Assembly: GCA_964658305.1 (NCBI GenBank)
Contig: OZ210884.1
Location: 744,001-808,000, forward strand
Source of the DNA: Leptogorgia sarmentosa
Lineage: Eukaryota
Length of the DNA: 64,000 nucleotides
Direction: 5' to 3'
The notes below the pieces were generated by a model. That model ran no database searches, was not told where the DNA came from, and was given only the letters and a program-made list of their open reading frames with translations. Both the position numbers and the translations under genes were made by a program. Below, piece after piece: positions 36,157-50,611 of the stretch (positions are counted from its first letter, which is position 1; each line of letters starts with the position of its first letter).

Positions 36157-36620
36157 ATGGTTTGTATGGTTTGATGTCATCTAACAGTAAGCAGGTCATA
36201 CAAATACGGTCACCAAACAAAAAAAATCAAAATCATGGATTTTCTACACTTTCTAGTGTTCTGAATGTTTAGCTTGTGTGTTAATGTGTCTGGACCAATT
36301 AACTTCAAAGCTGGGCTGAGTCGGCTTTGATGCTGGGTTGAGTTGACTTGAGAAATGGCCCAAGTTGGCCGAGTTGACCATAAGCCATACAAATGGCCAA
36401 GCATCTGTCTTAAATAAGTTGTGTCTTATTAAAAATGCGCCTTATTTTGTATCAATGGCCTCATTGGGTCATTCCAGGATACATCCATACCGTTCTATAC
36501 AATTTCAATCTGTATTTCTATACAATTTCAATCTGTATATTTCGGATGGTTAGATTCATCTTCAGCTGTAATATATTTACAAGATTATTTAATTTCACCT
36601 CTGTCTTCCCTGGACATCTG

Positions 36621-36859
36621 GGGCCGATTGTTTGAAAGTTGGATAGTGCTATCCATCGCATAGCGATGTTTTCAAGTCTCCGAAAACAACCCGTTCATCA
36701 ATCTGGTCAGATTAAACTTTGGCATTTTAAAGTTGGACGTTTGCTGCATCAACTGCCAGGACCATACCTGCAATTTTATAGCTTTTTGAACATTTTTACA
36801 GCAGTTAAAACAATCACTATCGAGTGGATAAAGTTATCCAACTTTCGAACAACCGGCCC
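36621..36859. mobile_element. Harbinger-like MITE (ggggccggttgt ends); related copy at ~55576-55815
   Basis: ggggccgattgtttgaaagttggata ... tatccaactttcgaacaaccggcccc, flanked by CTG. Confidence 0.75.
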
Positions 36860-37059
36860 CTGGGTTTTAATCAATAATTTGATCTTTTAGCTACTTGCAT
36901 TTATGCTGGAATATCATTTGAATTTGAATTTTGTGGCCATGCCTGCACTGGCTGGTAATCAGTTGGATATCACTTCAATAGTCATAGCAATGCATGTAAA
37001 TAAAGCGGATGATTCTAAATTACTTGTCAAGGAATGACTAACTGTCAATCAATGGTGAA

Positions 37060-37555
37060 TTCATATTAAAGGGTTATTGACCGAGCGTGAGGTCTGTACT
37101 GTGAAATATCAGACCGAGGTTTTTCAGTATGGATCGAGCGACGAAGGAGCGAGGTCAATGCAAAAACAGAGGTCTGATGTTTCACAGTACAGACCGAACA
37201 AGCGAGGTCAATAAACTGTTTATTATATGGGTGAATTGTGTATTTGAGCATATGCTTTTCGCGCGAATTAACATCAGCTATCATCAGTTTCACTGGGTAA
37301 CAGTATACGGTAGACATGCATACATGCTCAGCTCAATCTAAAACAATTTGGTTGTTTGGTTCCAATTTTTATCTTAAATTGGAAAATTAAAAAGCAAAAA
37401 TCTTTTCTATTTTCGAAGCGAAATTTCCCGCAAAATAAACGACATCCGGGACACCGGTCCAGATACGGAAAATACGGACCACGGTCCAGATATGGGTTTT
37501 TACGGACCGCTTGTCAACCAATCAGAATAGAGAATTTTGAAAAGCCATATAATAA
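37060..37555. mobile_element. Dispersed repeat; inverted partial copy at ~53185-53465
   Basis: aaattggaaaattaaaaagcaaaaatcttttctattttcgaagcgaaattt...aaacgacatccgg...atacggaccacggtcc matches the reverse complement of 53270-53420. Confidence 0.7.
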
Positions 37556-37593
37556 TATGTTTTCTTCTCTAGACTTGCTACTTGAAAATCATC

Positions 37594-40500
37594 ATGACTC
37601 ACTTTGCTCATTCACTAAAGCATAAAGTTGGGAAGCTAGTACAGCTTTCAAAGTTTGGTTTAATCTCCAATGTCCGCCATCTTTCTACACCAACTCTGGA
37701 ATTTGACTACGTTATTGTTGGTGCTGGTTCAGCTGGTTGTGTTTTGGCAAACAGATTATCAGAGGATGGCTCCAATAGAGTTGCTTTGCTTGAAGCGGGC
37801 CCAAAAGACAATACTTGGACGATACAAATGCCAGCCGCACTAACTTACAACCTCGCCGACAATAAATATAATTGGTTCTACCACACAGTACCACAAAAAC
37901 ATTTGAACAACAGGTATGGTTTTTAAAACCTGTATTCTACTAGGCAAATTCATTCGTACCAACAGAGAAGAAAGCAACTTGATTGGCTGGCGATACACAG
38001 TGACGACATCAACACCCAATCACATTGGTGCATTTTGTTTGTTTGCGCGGAAAAATCACCAAGTGGAAAACCGGCTTAACGTTGTCTAATTTCTGTTTTT
38101 GCATAAATACAGGTGCGCTCATAAGTTACTGGACACCTTCATTTTCATGAAGATCTTCCCTGAACAGGACAACAGGATGAATGAATTTATTTTTTATTCA
38201 TCTCAATCGTTTCCATTGATTTAGAAATTCAATTTCGTAAACGGTAGAACCACTAAAAAAATGGCACAAAAAATACACATTTGAACTTTGGTATTAGCTT
38301 CGTTTAAATATTATGTTACAGGCCTTCTACATTGCGTTACGCTCGAAGTTGAAAACGGCCTTAAGACGTTTGAATGCAGATAAATTTTTCAAGGACGAAT
38401 ACGAGAAACTTTCAGTTCATTCAAGTTCATTTAAATTTTTCTTCATTGCTTTATCAAATTCGCAGAACATTCCACAATGTGTTCCCGAGCTGGCCCTAAT
38501 TGGAAAAACGTTTTTACAACTTGCTCACCATCGGCCGTTGTAAATACAGCAACATTTTAAAGAATGACTTCAAGAATGACTGCGAGAAACTTTCAGTTCA
38601 TTTAATTTTTTCTTTTAAGACGACGATTTTTTGTATGTCACGTATCTCGCGCTCAAAACTCAAATTCGTCGAACTACAAGTTTCGAATTTTGAGGTTTCT
38701 CAGTCGGCAGACTCACTTAAAAAGCTTGATCGGTTCATAATTTATGACTTATAAAGGAAATGAAAAGATTTCGAAATGTACGCCAAAGAGAACATTATAC
38801 GTTTGAAAACTATGTTGTGCTGTTTACACGAACATTACTGCTCCTAATTTTTATATCCCTTTTAGTTTCTCAATCTCTTAACACAGCTTGAAAGATAGCG
38901 AATTGTTTTCTCGATATAATTATCATAGGACAATTTGATTTTGGGAGGGACGCAAAAAAGATTTTAGGTTTTGAACACATTTCGTCGAAAACACGCGACA
39001 TGGAAAAAAATGTCCTCTTAATAGCTTTAACCAATGTGCAGAACTTTTCGCAATGTGTTTCTGAGGCCTTGTTTAGAAAAATCTTTCATTTGTTTGGGGT
39101 CGTCCTGACATGATTGCAAACGACGCTTTTGAGTGTGCAAGGTATATGATGTTTGTTTTTATTCCAGAGTGATATATTGTCCCCGTGGTCGTGTTTGGGG
39201 CGGATCATCTTCACTAAATGCTATGGTGTACATTCGTGGACATGCATTTGATTATGATCGGTGGCAAGAAGAAGGATGTGATGGATGGTCTTATGCAGAC
39301 TGTCTACCATACTTTAAAAAGGCACAGGACCATTGCTTAGGTATTGTTCTTGCTTTCCAATCATTTTCAACGTGTTAAGGTCCGTTCACACGAGCGATTT
39401 TTGGCTGCGATATTCTCCTTTTGATAGATGTGAACGAGTGGATTAATAACGAGTGCGTGCTTCCTCGCCTGATGGTTTGTGACTGGTTTACTCGCGGACA
39501 TCCGCCAAAAGGAGAAAATCTCACTAGGAATCGTGTGAACGGGCCTTTAATATATTGTGAATGTTCTGAATAACGTTGTTACACCGTCCCTGAGCCAGTT
39601 TGCTACATCATATTTTGCAACTTAATTCAGTTCCTTCTATAACTTTATCCGTACATGCAACAGACTAAATGATCAGATATCTTAAAGTGTGGAATCTATG
39701 GAAATTTTAGGAATAATTAAGTTACGAAATACGTACAGTAGATGACATTCGAATACTACGAATCGATTTTCATTTCGTAGTCGTTACTCCGATTTGGTTA
39801 GAATACGCCCTGATTAAAGTAAAATTGTGATTTACAATGTAAAAGAAAAGTGACCACTTAGCTCAAATGTAGCTATATCATCATTTACCGCGCATAACGA
39901 AAAGATATATACAAAATTTGAAGTTTGTAGGGCTGTATTTTCCGTATTTCACAACATTTCGCAAACAGATTTTGCAGTTTAACTTATTTTAAAATGCTCT
40001 TTCGAGCTTTTGTGATGACTTTCGTCCTTCTTGTCTGAATCAAAATTTTAGTCCAACACGTAATAAAAATTGTCCATTATGAATTGGCGGGTATCACTTA
40101 CAGCTTTTTTTTATTAAATTCAGTGGGAGTCAATTACCTAAATCTACGGACGATTGTGGTGCACAAGAGTGGGCAATTGATTTGGAGTACACCTTTTCGG
40201 AAAACATAAACACGAAAGCGAGGCTGAATTGCTCAGCCTTATTAGTACAACAACTGTGAGCAAGCCTTACTGCACAGGGTATCTCAAAACAAAGGTAATC
40301 GAACTTTAGCATGCCATTGTGCGTCATATAGCTACTGGGTGTATAAACGTTTTTTTATTCTGCGCAAAACAGAACAAATATGAGAACGATAAAAATTCAC
40401 GAAATCACATATTTTCATAACAAAAGAAAAGCGCAATCCATCACGAATGTGTCATGGTAAAACTGGTCATGGTACTGTTTTTAATAAGTTTTCGCTTCAT

Positions 40501-43500
40501 TTTGCCCAAAATGAAACAAAAACATGTCGTTGAACAGCTGAGACTCTCATCTTTATGTAAAAATTAGTATAGGAAATTACACGGTTCGAGAAGTATTAAT
40601 GAAAAATTGCACGCGTGTTTGGCGAATTTTTCATTAATACTTCGAGAACAAGTGTAATTTCGTATTAATATCATTGTAGTACACGTTCACTAAACTTTTT
40701 TGTCCAAAGTTGACAATAAATGACAAAAAGAACAAGAATTTTAGCGTTGATTTAAGCGTTTATTTATTTGTTTTTATAATGTATCGCGGACTCGAAACCG
40801 TGCAATTAAGTTTAATTTGCACACCTGTGCAATTAATGTTTAATTTGCACAGTCGTTGAAGCTTTTTAGCCAATCAGCGTCCAGGAAATTGACAACAATG
40901 ATATTATGTAAAAAATTACGTTTATACACCCAGTATATTTATTACGCACAATGACATACCAAAGTTCGATTACCTTTTTTCTGTAGTGCTGCAATTAGGG
41001 ATGGCATGATACTGTACCTTACAAAACATAAACATTGACAAATTTACGTTCTCCGCTGTAAATATTGAACTCACTTTGATAATTGCCTCACTATTCAGAG
41101 ATCACCCTCACTCAAATATATAACGTCACGTGGAACCCAGGAATAGCGGATGCACTGTCGAGTCCCATGTTTGAGATGTTGGCCCAATTAGTTTTGTTTC
41201 AATTTTAGGGGAAGACGATTATAGAGGAGGCGATGGTCCACTGCATGTGAGTCAGGGTAATTTGAATAACCCACTGTTTCAAGGATTTATTGATGCAGCT
41301 ACGCAAGCCGGCTATAAATATACTCCTGATATGAATGGCTTTCAGCAAGCTGGTTTTGGCCCCATGGATATGACTATATACAAGGGAAAGCGTTGGAGTA
41401 CTGCGAATGCCTACTTGAAGCCTGTACTCGGAAGAACTAACCTAGTTGTGCTTACGGAATCGTCAATCAGGAAACTGGACGTAAAAAATAACAAAGTGGT
41501 TGGTGTGGATTGTCATAGCGCTGGAAGAAAGGTTGCCAGAATAAAGGCTACAAAAGAGGTATATGTGGCTTTATTCTTGTTTGTGTAGCTATACGTTCGG
41601 GCTAAACAACGGTCAAACCACTTGATTTTAAGTTTATGCTATGACTGGCATGAATTTTTTATAAGAGTAAAGGCCTGTTTACACTGACATTTTTTGCTGC
41701 GATTTTAGGAGCGATTTTCTCTTTTGAATGACGTGAAAGAGGAGATTACTTATCAAAGTTGCTCTGAGATTTCATAACGTGGAACATTTGTAACTGATCA
41801 ACTCCATCACATCGTTCAAAAAGAGAAAATCGCACTTCAAAAATCGCCGGCCTTAACATTTTTTTTTCAAACAGGTGGTGTTATCTCCAACATGCAGGAG
41901 CGAGCACTTTGTACTTTGATCCATTACTCTTTAAAACTTCGCAAAATTGAGTTTAACACTTTCAAGTTTAACACTTTCTAGCAACCACTGACTGAAAGTT
42001 TCAGTTTTGGGTCTTCATTCCCCAATTTTGTGTCTCACGCATAACTACGTACTGCTTGAAATTAAATATAAAATTCTGATTTGAAGATTGCTTGGATTCT
42101 GATGAAAATCAGAATCGTTTTGTGGAATTGACAAACACTGACGACGTCACCAACCAATCACATGCACTTTTTCTTCGTTCGCGCAAAAAATCGCCAAGTG
42201 AAAAACGCGCTTAAATACACATTACATTTACGCTTGCTTCCGTCAGCTACTTCCGTAGCTTTGTGGTCAGAGCAGTCCACCGGTATCGCACACGTGTAGG
42301 TTCGATTTCTGCCGGTGGTCTTTATAGTTGATGAATTTTTAGGTCTGTAAGTAATAAGTTGGATAATAACATTAAGACGTATGATGGATAGAAATATTTG
42401 TGAACCTTGGGATCGGAAGATTTTATCTTCCATTACTGAGTGTTTTGTGCTTAGAAATACAAGTGAAAATGTCCATGACAAATTCCATGAACACAGGTGC
42501 CGGAGTTATATGTAAGGAAATTTTCGTGGTGTTTCCATTACGAAAACTGGACATTCAAAAAAAAGCTAGACTAGACCTCTTTATTATACTGGCACAGATT
42601 TTGGCCTTTTACCATCTTTCTTCCATTTATTAAAAATCCATTTATTTGAAGTCCTTTTGCTCCCTTTTAGCTGTTCCCAGTTGGAATTTGGAGATTAAGA
42701 GATGAGAAATACTTGTAGCTAAATATGCGCTTATAAATCTCGTGAAACATTTTGTAGGTAATTCTGGCTGCTGGAGGTATCAACTCTGCACAGCTTCTGA
42801 TGCTTTCTGGGATTGGTAATGGTGATGATCTTAAAGAACTTGGGATACCTGTTTTACTGCATTCACCAGGGGTTGGCTATAATCTGCAGGATCACTTGGA
42901 AGTGTATGTTCAACATGTAAGTTTTATTGTGGAAATTTTAGGGACATTAGCATAAAGGCCCGTTCACACGAGCGCTTTTTTGCTGCGATTTTCTCCTTTT
43001 GATTGATGTTAACGAGTGAATTAATAAGGACTGTACCAATGCGTCATCTGAACATTCATGACTGGTTTACTCCTTCGCAGCCGACCAAATTTCTTTGACA
43101 AATTTCTTGTGTCGAATGCATGTATTTGCTCAAAAGCTAACCAGACAGTTTTTGAACACATGCATTTGTCAAAAAGAATTTGACGAAAATTCCTAATATT
43201 AGTAATATACACGGTCAAAAAAACATTTGACACAAGAAATTTGTCAAAGAAAATTTGATCGTGTAATGGCCAATTTCCACTCAGGAAAATAAGCAACGGA
43301 TCGGACAAGACTCTTTCCATCATTCATTACCTGGACGCCGTCGGACAAAAATTGTTGGAAATACTTCAACTCTTCATTTGAGAGGAAACCGGCCTTTAAA
43401 GGGGCTTTAAGTCGCGTCAATAAGACACGTTTACACAACGCCGGAGCGAAAAAGTGACGGCATAATTTTGATTGCGTTTACACTGTTCCGTTTGAATTCC

Positions 43501-46500
43501 GATTTGTTATTTTTACTCTTCATAAAACAAGAAATTGCTATCCCGAAATAATGTTTTCCCACCAAACACTATTACTACAAAGTGTAGCGAAATATCAACG
43601 GCGACAGTGTTTACACAACCATGTCCCGCTCCGTTTTCGCCCGACCACGTTTAGAAAGTTTATTACCCCGTTTTGTTATTGTTTTGCGCCGTTTTCAGAC
43701 CTATCCGGAGTTGTGTAAACGTAGTCTAAAGCTAATCGTCTTCCATTATGAAAAAGATATAGCGTCGTGTCATTTTTTTGTGAATTTAAATCGGCTGCGA
43801 TAACAGTCAAATAATAATTCACTCGTGACATCAATTTATTGAAGATTGGTCTTTCTGCATGTTGATGATATTCAACGTTCACATGCTCTCACTATTTTTG
43901 TGAACAGAAGCCACAACTATATGCAACTCGAAAGACATCGATAGGTCGCTTTCGACATGCTCTTTCGCGAACAGAAAACTTCATATTTTTGACAGATGAC
44001 GTTGCTTGGCACACACAAATTTTCATCAAAATGAAGCCAAATCTGGATAAATTCATTCAGTATAATTTCATCAGTAAAAATGGCTTTTCTGCATTCTGAT
44101 TGGTTAGCTGAGCAGTAACTATGAGGCAATTTTCAACAACATATTTTCAACACTGACTTTCAATGATTTTTACTTTCTCACGAATGAAATTATACGAAAA
44201 CGGTTAGTCACTCCACTCCAGTCCGCAAATATTCATCGATAATCACTGAGACTTCAGTAACTAATTGTTAAATAGCGTGTTAAATATATTCCACTGTTAT
44301 CACAGCCGATTAAACTTCGCAAAGAACTGCGTTTGAGATCGACATGCCGCAATCTTTTTCATTACGGCGCATTGTAAATTATATAACTAGATTAATTGTT
44401 TTGTCTTGTATTTCCTGTTAGGAATGTACCCAACCAATAACTCTCTATACAGCTCAAAAGCCATGGAATATGATGCCGATAGGAGTCCAGTGGTTTGCTT
44501 TTCAGACTGGTCTTGCATCATCTTCCCATCTCGAAGCCGGTGGTTTCGTCAGCACACGAGAAGACATTCCACATCCTGATGTTCAGTTTCACTTTTTGCC
44601 TTCTCTCGTCATTGATCACGGACGGATACCGCCAAATAAGGAGGGATTTCAGGTTAGTTTCAAAATATAATTTAATCCATCCACCTCGTTGTTACGACCA
44701 CCTCGTTATTACGACCACCTCGTTAATCCGACCACCTCGTTAATCCGACCACCTCGTTAATACGACCACCTCGATAATACGACCACCTCGTAGCTTCATC
44801 GAAGTTGGCCTAAGAATGCAATTATCCACTATCCGCCACGAGCCGAAGCCTAGAGTCGCTTGGGCACAGGTGCCCCAGCACTAATAAACGAGAAGCCATT
44901 TTGTTTTTGTCCGCCATGTTGTTTTTGTCTGAAATGACCGAAGCGAATTGTCCAAAGACATCCGCTATTGCAACAGCCCATTAAATTGCAGGAAATGCAC
45001 TGTCCACTTTCCCTATTTACTCTTGTATTATTCAATTTTTAGGCTCATGTTGGTACATTGCGAGCCTTTAGTCGTGGCTATATAAAACTGAATCCAAACA
45101 ATCCATATCACGACCCTATCATAGAACCAAATTACTTCGAACATCCCCAGGATATCGTCGACTTGAGAGAGTCAGTGAAAATTGCGAGGAAAGTTTTTGC
45201 CCAGAAAGCTCTGGATCCTTTCAGGGGACCAGAAATCGCGCCAGGTAAGAATGTCCAAAATCATCAGTGCTGGCACTTCGTCCTGCACCAGTATTCTAGT
45301 TAAGGGGGTGGAGAGCGCCAAAAAATAACTTTGCCTCACCCTAGTTTTTAGTCTGTTTTTGTATTTGAAAATGGAGATGAATGAATGCTGAACACATGAC
45401 ATATTAAATCCACTTGATCGATCTTATTGTCGTTATTAGGACCAATTGCATAATATAGACAAAATTCATGAAATTTCGAAATAGTACAATTCATGATAAC
45501 AGAGTTAAAGAACATCCCAAAGTCATCCTAAATTTGTATACATTTGTATTACGTGCGAAATGAAGTAACTAATTTAGTTCGCCATAGTACTAATACAAAA
45601 GTATAGAAGTTTACCAACTTCGCAGGGCTATATTTTCCGTATTTTGCACCATTTCGCACCCAAACTTTGCATTTTACTAATTTTGGGATGTCCTTTCACG
45701 CTATTGTTATGAATTGTGCTATTACTTTGTCTATTATGCAATTGGTGTCCTTCTACGGCTGGACGTTGCATTAAACAAGTTTTACTTTGACAGGTTGGCA
45801 AATATCATTAAATTATTTTGGTTACAGTGAATGCATGCAATGAAATTATACTGGAAAAATGTACGATATTACAGAGGCTAGAAAAATATCAGCAACAGTT
45901 TTTCATAATTTTTTGTATCTGCGTAAGCAGATATATTGCTATCGTGTTGTAAATGTAACTGTAACTGTAACTGTAACTGTAACTGTAATTGTTAACCGTA
46001 ACCGTGCTTGTAGCCAATCAGAGCTTCGTGCTGTTAGCTTATAGCCAATCAGAGCTTCGTGCTGTTAGCGTGTAGCCAATCAGAGCAGAGCTTTTAGCAT
46101 GTCGATTCTGATCCCGCCATTTGCAAATACTTCTAACTTCGAAGCAAGAGCAAATTGGGAAATCGTTTAAAATATTGTACTTTTTTCTCATTTCTATCCT
46201 ACTTTTGTCGCCATTTTATATTGCGTCATTTTTAACTGATGAAAGCGAGGCTCACAAACGAGGCTCACAGATAAAAGTTTTATGTGTTTCCATAAATTTA
46301 CGGCGGCTACCATATTTATGATGAAATGATTTTGGTTGTAATTTTTCTCAGGTCCTGATGTAACCAGCGATTCTGCAATAGACGAGTTTCTAAGAGCCAA
46401 GGCAGACACGGCGTATCATCCATGTGGTACTTGTAAGATGGGTGCCGAAAATGATCCTATGGCTGTTGTGAATTCCGCTGGTTCTGTGTATGGCATTGAA

Positions 46501-46662
46501 GGGCTCCGAATTGTCGACTCCTCAATCATGCCCAGCATTGTGAGCGGCAATCTTAACGCACCGACCATAATGATGGCGGAGAAATTATCTGATGTGATTT
46601 TGGGCAAACAATTATTACCCAAGTCGAACGCCCCAGTGTATGAAAATGTTCAAAAGCAGTGA
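37594..46662 (+). CDS. CHDH: Choline dehydrogenase, mitochondrial (GMC oxidoreductase, ~581 aa, 7 coding exons)
   Basis: Exons: 37594-37913, 39168-39340, 41209-41558, 42758-42916, 44422-44652, 45043-45244, 46352-46662. Motifs include [110 protein letters not shown] and [14 protein letters not shown]. The basic N-terminal presequence ends in VRHLS. Confidence 0.96.
40292..40978. mobile_element. TIR element (~55-bp imperfect arms) with a nested repeat
   Basis: aaaggtaatcgaacttt...actgggtgtataaacgt at the left is inverted as acgtttatacacccagta...aaagttcgattaccttt at the right. Confidence 0.65.
42255..42340 (+). mobile_element. tRNA-derived SINE head remnant
   Basis: A-box-like gtagctttgtggtcagagca, caccggtatcgc, and B-box-like ggttcgatttc. 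There is no complete cloverleaf. Confidence 0.55.
44681..44790. repeat. ~17-bp tandem repeat (ACCACCTCGTTAATACG)n, ~6.5 copies
   Basis: Directly visible, 30 bp into CHDH coding intron 5. Confidence 0.9.
45954..46090. repeat. (TGTAAC)n microsatellite followed by ~31-bp tagccaatcagagc repeats
   Basis: Directly visible. Confidence 0.85.
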
Positions 46663-46926
46663 AAAAGTTAAAACAGCGTGTGAGGTATGCGAGGTCCTTG
46701 TGGGTCCAGGGTCCGCTTGTGCGAAAAATGAACGATCGCGGCCGCATTTTGAATAGCAATCTGCAATCAAAGAGCGCGTTTCGCGACACAATTACAGGAA
46801 CTATAATTAAAGCAATACCAGACCCTGGAGTTCAGTGCGCCTGCTGGAACTGGGACGAAAGCACGAATAACTTACGCCAATTTTCACGTCATATACACCT
46901 ATAAGGAGAAGTATTTTTCAAGGAAA

Positions 46927-47072
46927 AGGCCGTTTTCCATTGCAGTCGCTTTGCCCGTGCGGACGGAGCGAACATGTTTCAGCTTTTGATATATATAATT
47001 GTCTAATCTGAGCGTTTTCTATATCGTTCGCTCCGCTCGCTCGGGCAAAGCGACTGTAATGGAAAACGGCCT
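46927..47072. mobile_element. Palindromic Harbinger-like MITE downstream of the CHDH stop codon
   Basis: aggccgttttccattgcagtcgctttgcccg ... cgggcaaagcgactgtaatggaaaacggcct. Confidence 0.85.
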
Positions 47073-50000
47073 TAAGATTTGTATACTCGCGAAACAAATA
47101 AGAACAGCATTCATGCAATAAGTTCCTTGTTATGTTCGCCTTACTGAAGCGAGTTTGCCACTGGGCGGATTTTTTCTCGCCAACACAAACGAAGAAATAC
47201 GGCCAGGATTCAACTGCTTCGGGAAGGCCGTGATGGCGGCACAAGTTATAACTTAGTTTGGAATATTACAGCTATTTGTCAATGACTCGTTTTCATAACG
47301 GTATAAGGGGAAAAGTATGATGCATTTAGTCTCATGCATTGTCTCCAATAATTCAAGACTTTTTCAAGGAACTTGTAAATATTCTTTTAAATTGAAAAAC
47401 AAATTTAAAGCAATTTTTTATCAGTAGTGTTCGTAGAAAAGTTCGTGAAATATTGTAATTTTTCATCCGTCATTTCTAGTCACTGTTTATGACGGCAGGT
47501 CGAATGTCACAATCGCATGTTTAAAAATGCGACAACGAAATAAACGTAGCTAATTTAGGTACGTAGTATAGTTTATTCTGGTTTACTATAATAAATATAT
47601 TGACAAAATCTATGCTGATAAATAACTTGATTGCGAGAAACTTGGCAAAGCCGCTCATTATATAATATTCTATCGATAACCGATACCTGCATCATTTCAC
47701 TGGGAAGAGAAAATCATTATTTTTAAATACATTTCAATAATAATATCACGTTGTTTTATCAGAATGGACCTTTTCCTTTTCGACGAATTTTTGAATTGGA
47801 AGAACATCATGAATTTACATTCGAAATCTGATTATCGCACTTTTGCCGTGCGCAATTCACAAACTTTAAATGACCTTTTTTCCATATTTTACGTTGTTTT
47901 GTAACCAAACTTCACATTTTTACTAAATAATAATGATTCTATTTCCAGCAGTGGTGATGAATTTTCCTAAATCGAAAGGGGCTGGGAGAGAGTCCATCGA
48001 GCTATTTTATTCATCATAATTATCAATTATTGGACGAGGTCGAGCAAAATATCGCGATTTGTCGGTGGCGAGGTGTATCATCTGAGTTTTTTTCCTCTAG
48101 TAAACAAGACAGCTCGTCTTCTGATAGTTCAGGAAAACGAGCCGCCATTGTTTACAAAAAAGTGACGCAATGCGCATGCTCAGACTATTATTTGCAGGTG
48201 AGCAACCTTTTTAACAAATGCGCATGCTCAGACTATTATTTGCACGCAGTTATTTGCAGGTAAATTGACCAATCAAAATTGAGAATACAATAAAGTGAAT
48301 AATAATTGAACTTATCCGGCTAGAGGGTTCTGGTATGAAGACAACCGCTAAAATCGGTGCGCGGGCGAGGGTTCGAGAATTTGGAATTTATTCCTTCGAA
48401 TTTATTCCTTTAAAAGCCTCTGCGAAGGAGAGAGCGACAAGCCCGCTATCACTTGATTATAATTGTACAAAACTGACTATCAATACTCACTGGAGTGACT
48501 ATAGCTAGACGAGCGAATGATTGCATTTAGCCTGAGTGATATGAACATGTGAATTCGCTGGGGAAATGTGCATAGAGAAATTAGCTGTGAGCCTATTATT
48601 GCAAGACAGTATGGTCCGACAGCTAAGACAATATTCTATCGAGACGCCATTGACCAGCACAAAGCGTTTAGGTCAAACTAGAAGGTCCTACACTAACGAG
48701 GTTGCATCTGCTAAATGTCTGTAATCTCAACCAGTGCGCAATAGTCACAACGCATACAAATTTGTGACGAGAATTAAATGCTTGTTTTTACGCAAATGTG
48801 TTAATAAACGATATATTCCTTAAATGGAGCAAGTATAATCAAAGTGCCACATGCATTGTAACGACACTGCGGGAGTCAAATTGGGTCAGGAGGATTTGGC
48901 AACGTGTCGTAGTCGCATAATGTTCCACGGATTTCCTCCGCTAGCATTTTAAACGCGGTAATAACTGAATAAACTATTGGGGACGTTCAATATTTGCTTG
49001 CGTAGATCAAGTACGTTTAGATATAATGAAGGACGCCGGCGAAAATTGCTACAGATTTCCTTGTCTATTGATTCTGTTCATACGACCCCCCGCTTCCATC
49101 TTTTGTGTCACACAGCATTTTAAACAAAGTCATTGATACGCCAGATGACACGGCTATATGCGGCTTGAAAAATAAAATTCATTATGCATATCTCTGGAAT
49201 TTATGTCATGTGCATAAAGACTTGTGGCGACTCATTCGGTCAGTTAGATTTCGAAAATTCCGTGTTCTCTCTCATAAGATTGGAACTTATTACACGCCGA
49301 CTGTGTATTTGATATTCAATTGCGAATTTCCACGTTAAATTTTCAAGAGTTGTGACACAGAAATTGTCCGAATAAACCATTTGAATAAGTCAAATTCCTG
49401 TGGAAGAGTTGGCCAATGGCAAACGTTTTTTATAAGTAATGCTGCTCTCTCATTGGTTCGTCAGCTTTGACTGAAATACCAATGTAGTTTGCGGAGTGGA
49501 AGGGTTGTATCACTTGCTGTTTGGCAGGCATTAACACAAGCGTCCAGTTGGAGCAAAGCTGCTTAGTTTTCAAGTGTGTTTTTATTTCATCTACCGGTAA
49601 GTAAATAATTCTGCAATAATTTAGTTGAGTTAATGACTTATACTTGAAGATTACCCGTATTTAAAAATAGCATTTAGTGTACATTACGCATCACTCAACA
49701 GCACAGATGAGTAATCTATCGACTGCTCTAATATGGCATTAAATATACCGTGTATAGCTTCGCAAACCATCTGTTTTTTGTTTGTCATTTTTGCCCGACA
49801 GATATTCTTGCCAATATATATAGTGACAACCTCATGGTTAAATGAAGGCTCCGTGATACCAGATTAGGATTTTCCACACGCAATGCATGTGTTTTTACGG
49901 AATTAAAATTCTTCGTCCTGCATGAGAAAACAGGAAATTCTGTCACAAAAAAAATGCGAGGTTTGCGTTTGCATTTTGTGATGTGTCTGTTGTATTTTGC

Positions 50001-50611
50001 TAAGCTCGGACTATACGACTCAAAGTCTGGCACAATATTTTAGTTACCACAGGTGTTCACTATATTTTACCTTGCACTAACTTTATCTGCCCAGTCGGAA
50101 AACCTCTTTACCTATTAGCAGTTAACGATATTACAAATCATGTCTAAAATCGTAGCAATCGTTTTTTTTTTGTCCACAGACGTTATGGGCAGACATACAT
50201 AGTTTGCACGAGTTTGATTACTGTTTGAAATTAAATACAATGCGACGTCTCGATGCCATATGGTAACACAAACAGTTAGTGCGTAATGCTTTGCCCGAAT
50301 ATAGAATGTTCGACTGTTATGTTGTACATTTCCCTATGAATAAATATTCACCCAAGACTTTAATCGTGCACTGAAAAGCCACATTCGGATAGTATGCAGA
50401 ACCGTTTTGCTGCGGGACGGAAAATAACTTCTGAAAGGATTACAAAAAAAATTGTGTTTTCATAAACAGCTGTTGGGACGTTTCACCACAATTTGTTACT
50501 CCAAGCTAGCTGATAATCAAGGGACAGAGCCCAGTTGTCGAGATCTGGCCTCAGATTCTTGTATAATGTTCACAGATTTTTGGGCGTGTGCACGGGCTGC
50601 CATACGATAAC

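Noticed and set aside
42255..42330. tRNA gene
   Set aside because: A- and B-box-like motifs are present but the acceptor and T stems do not pair properly, which fits a SINE head.
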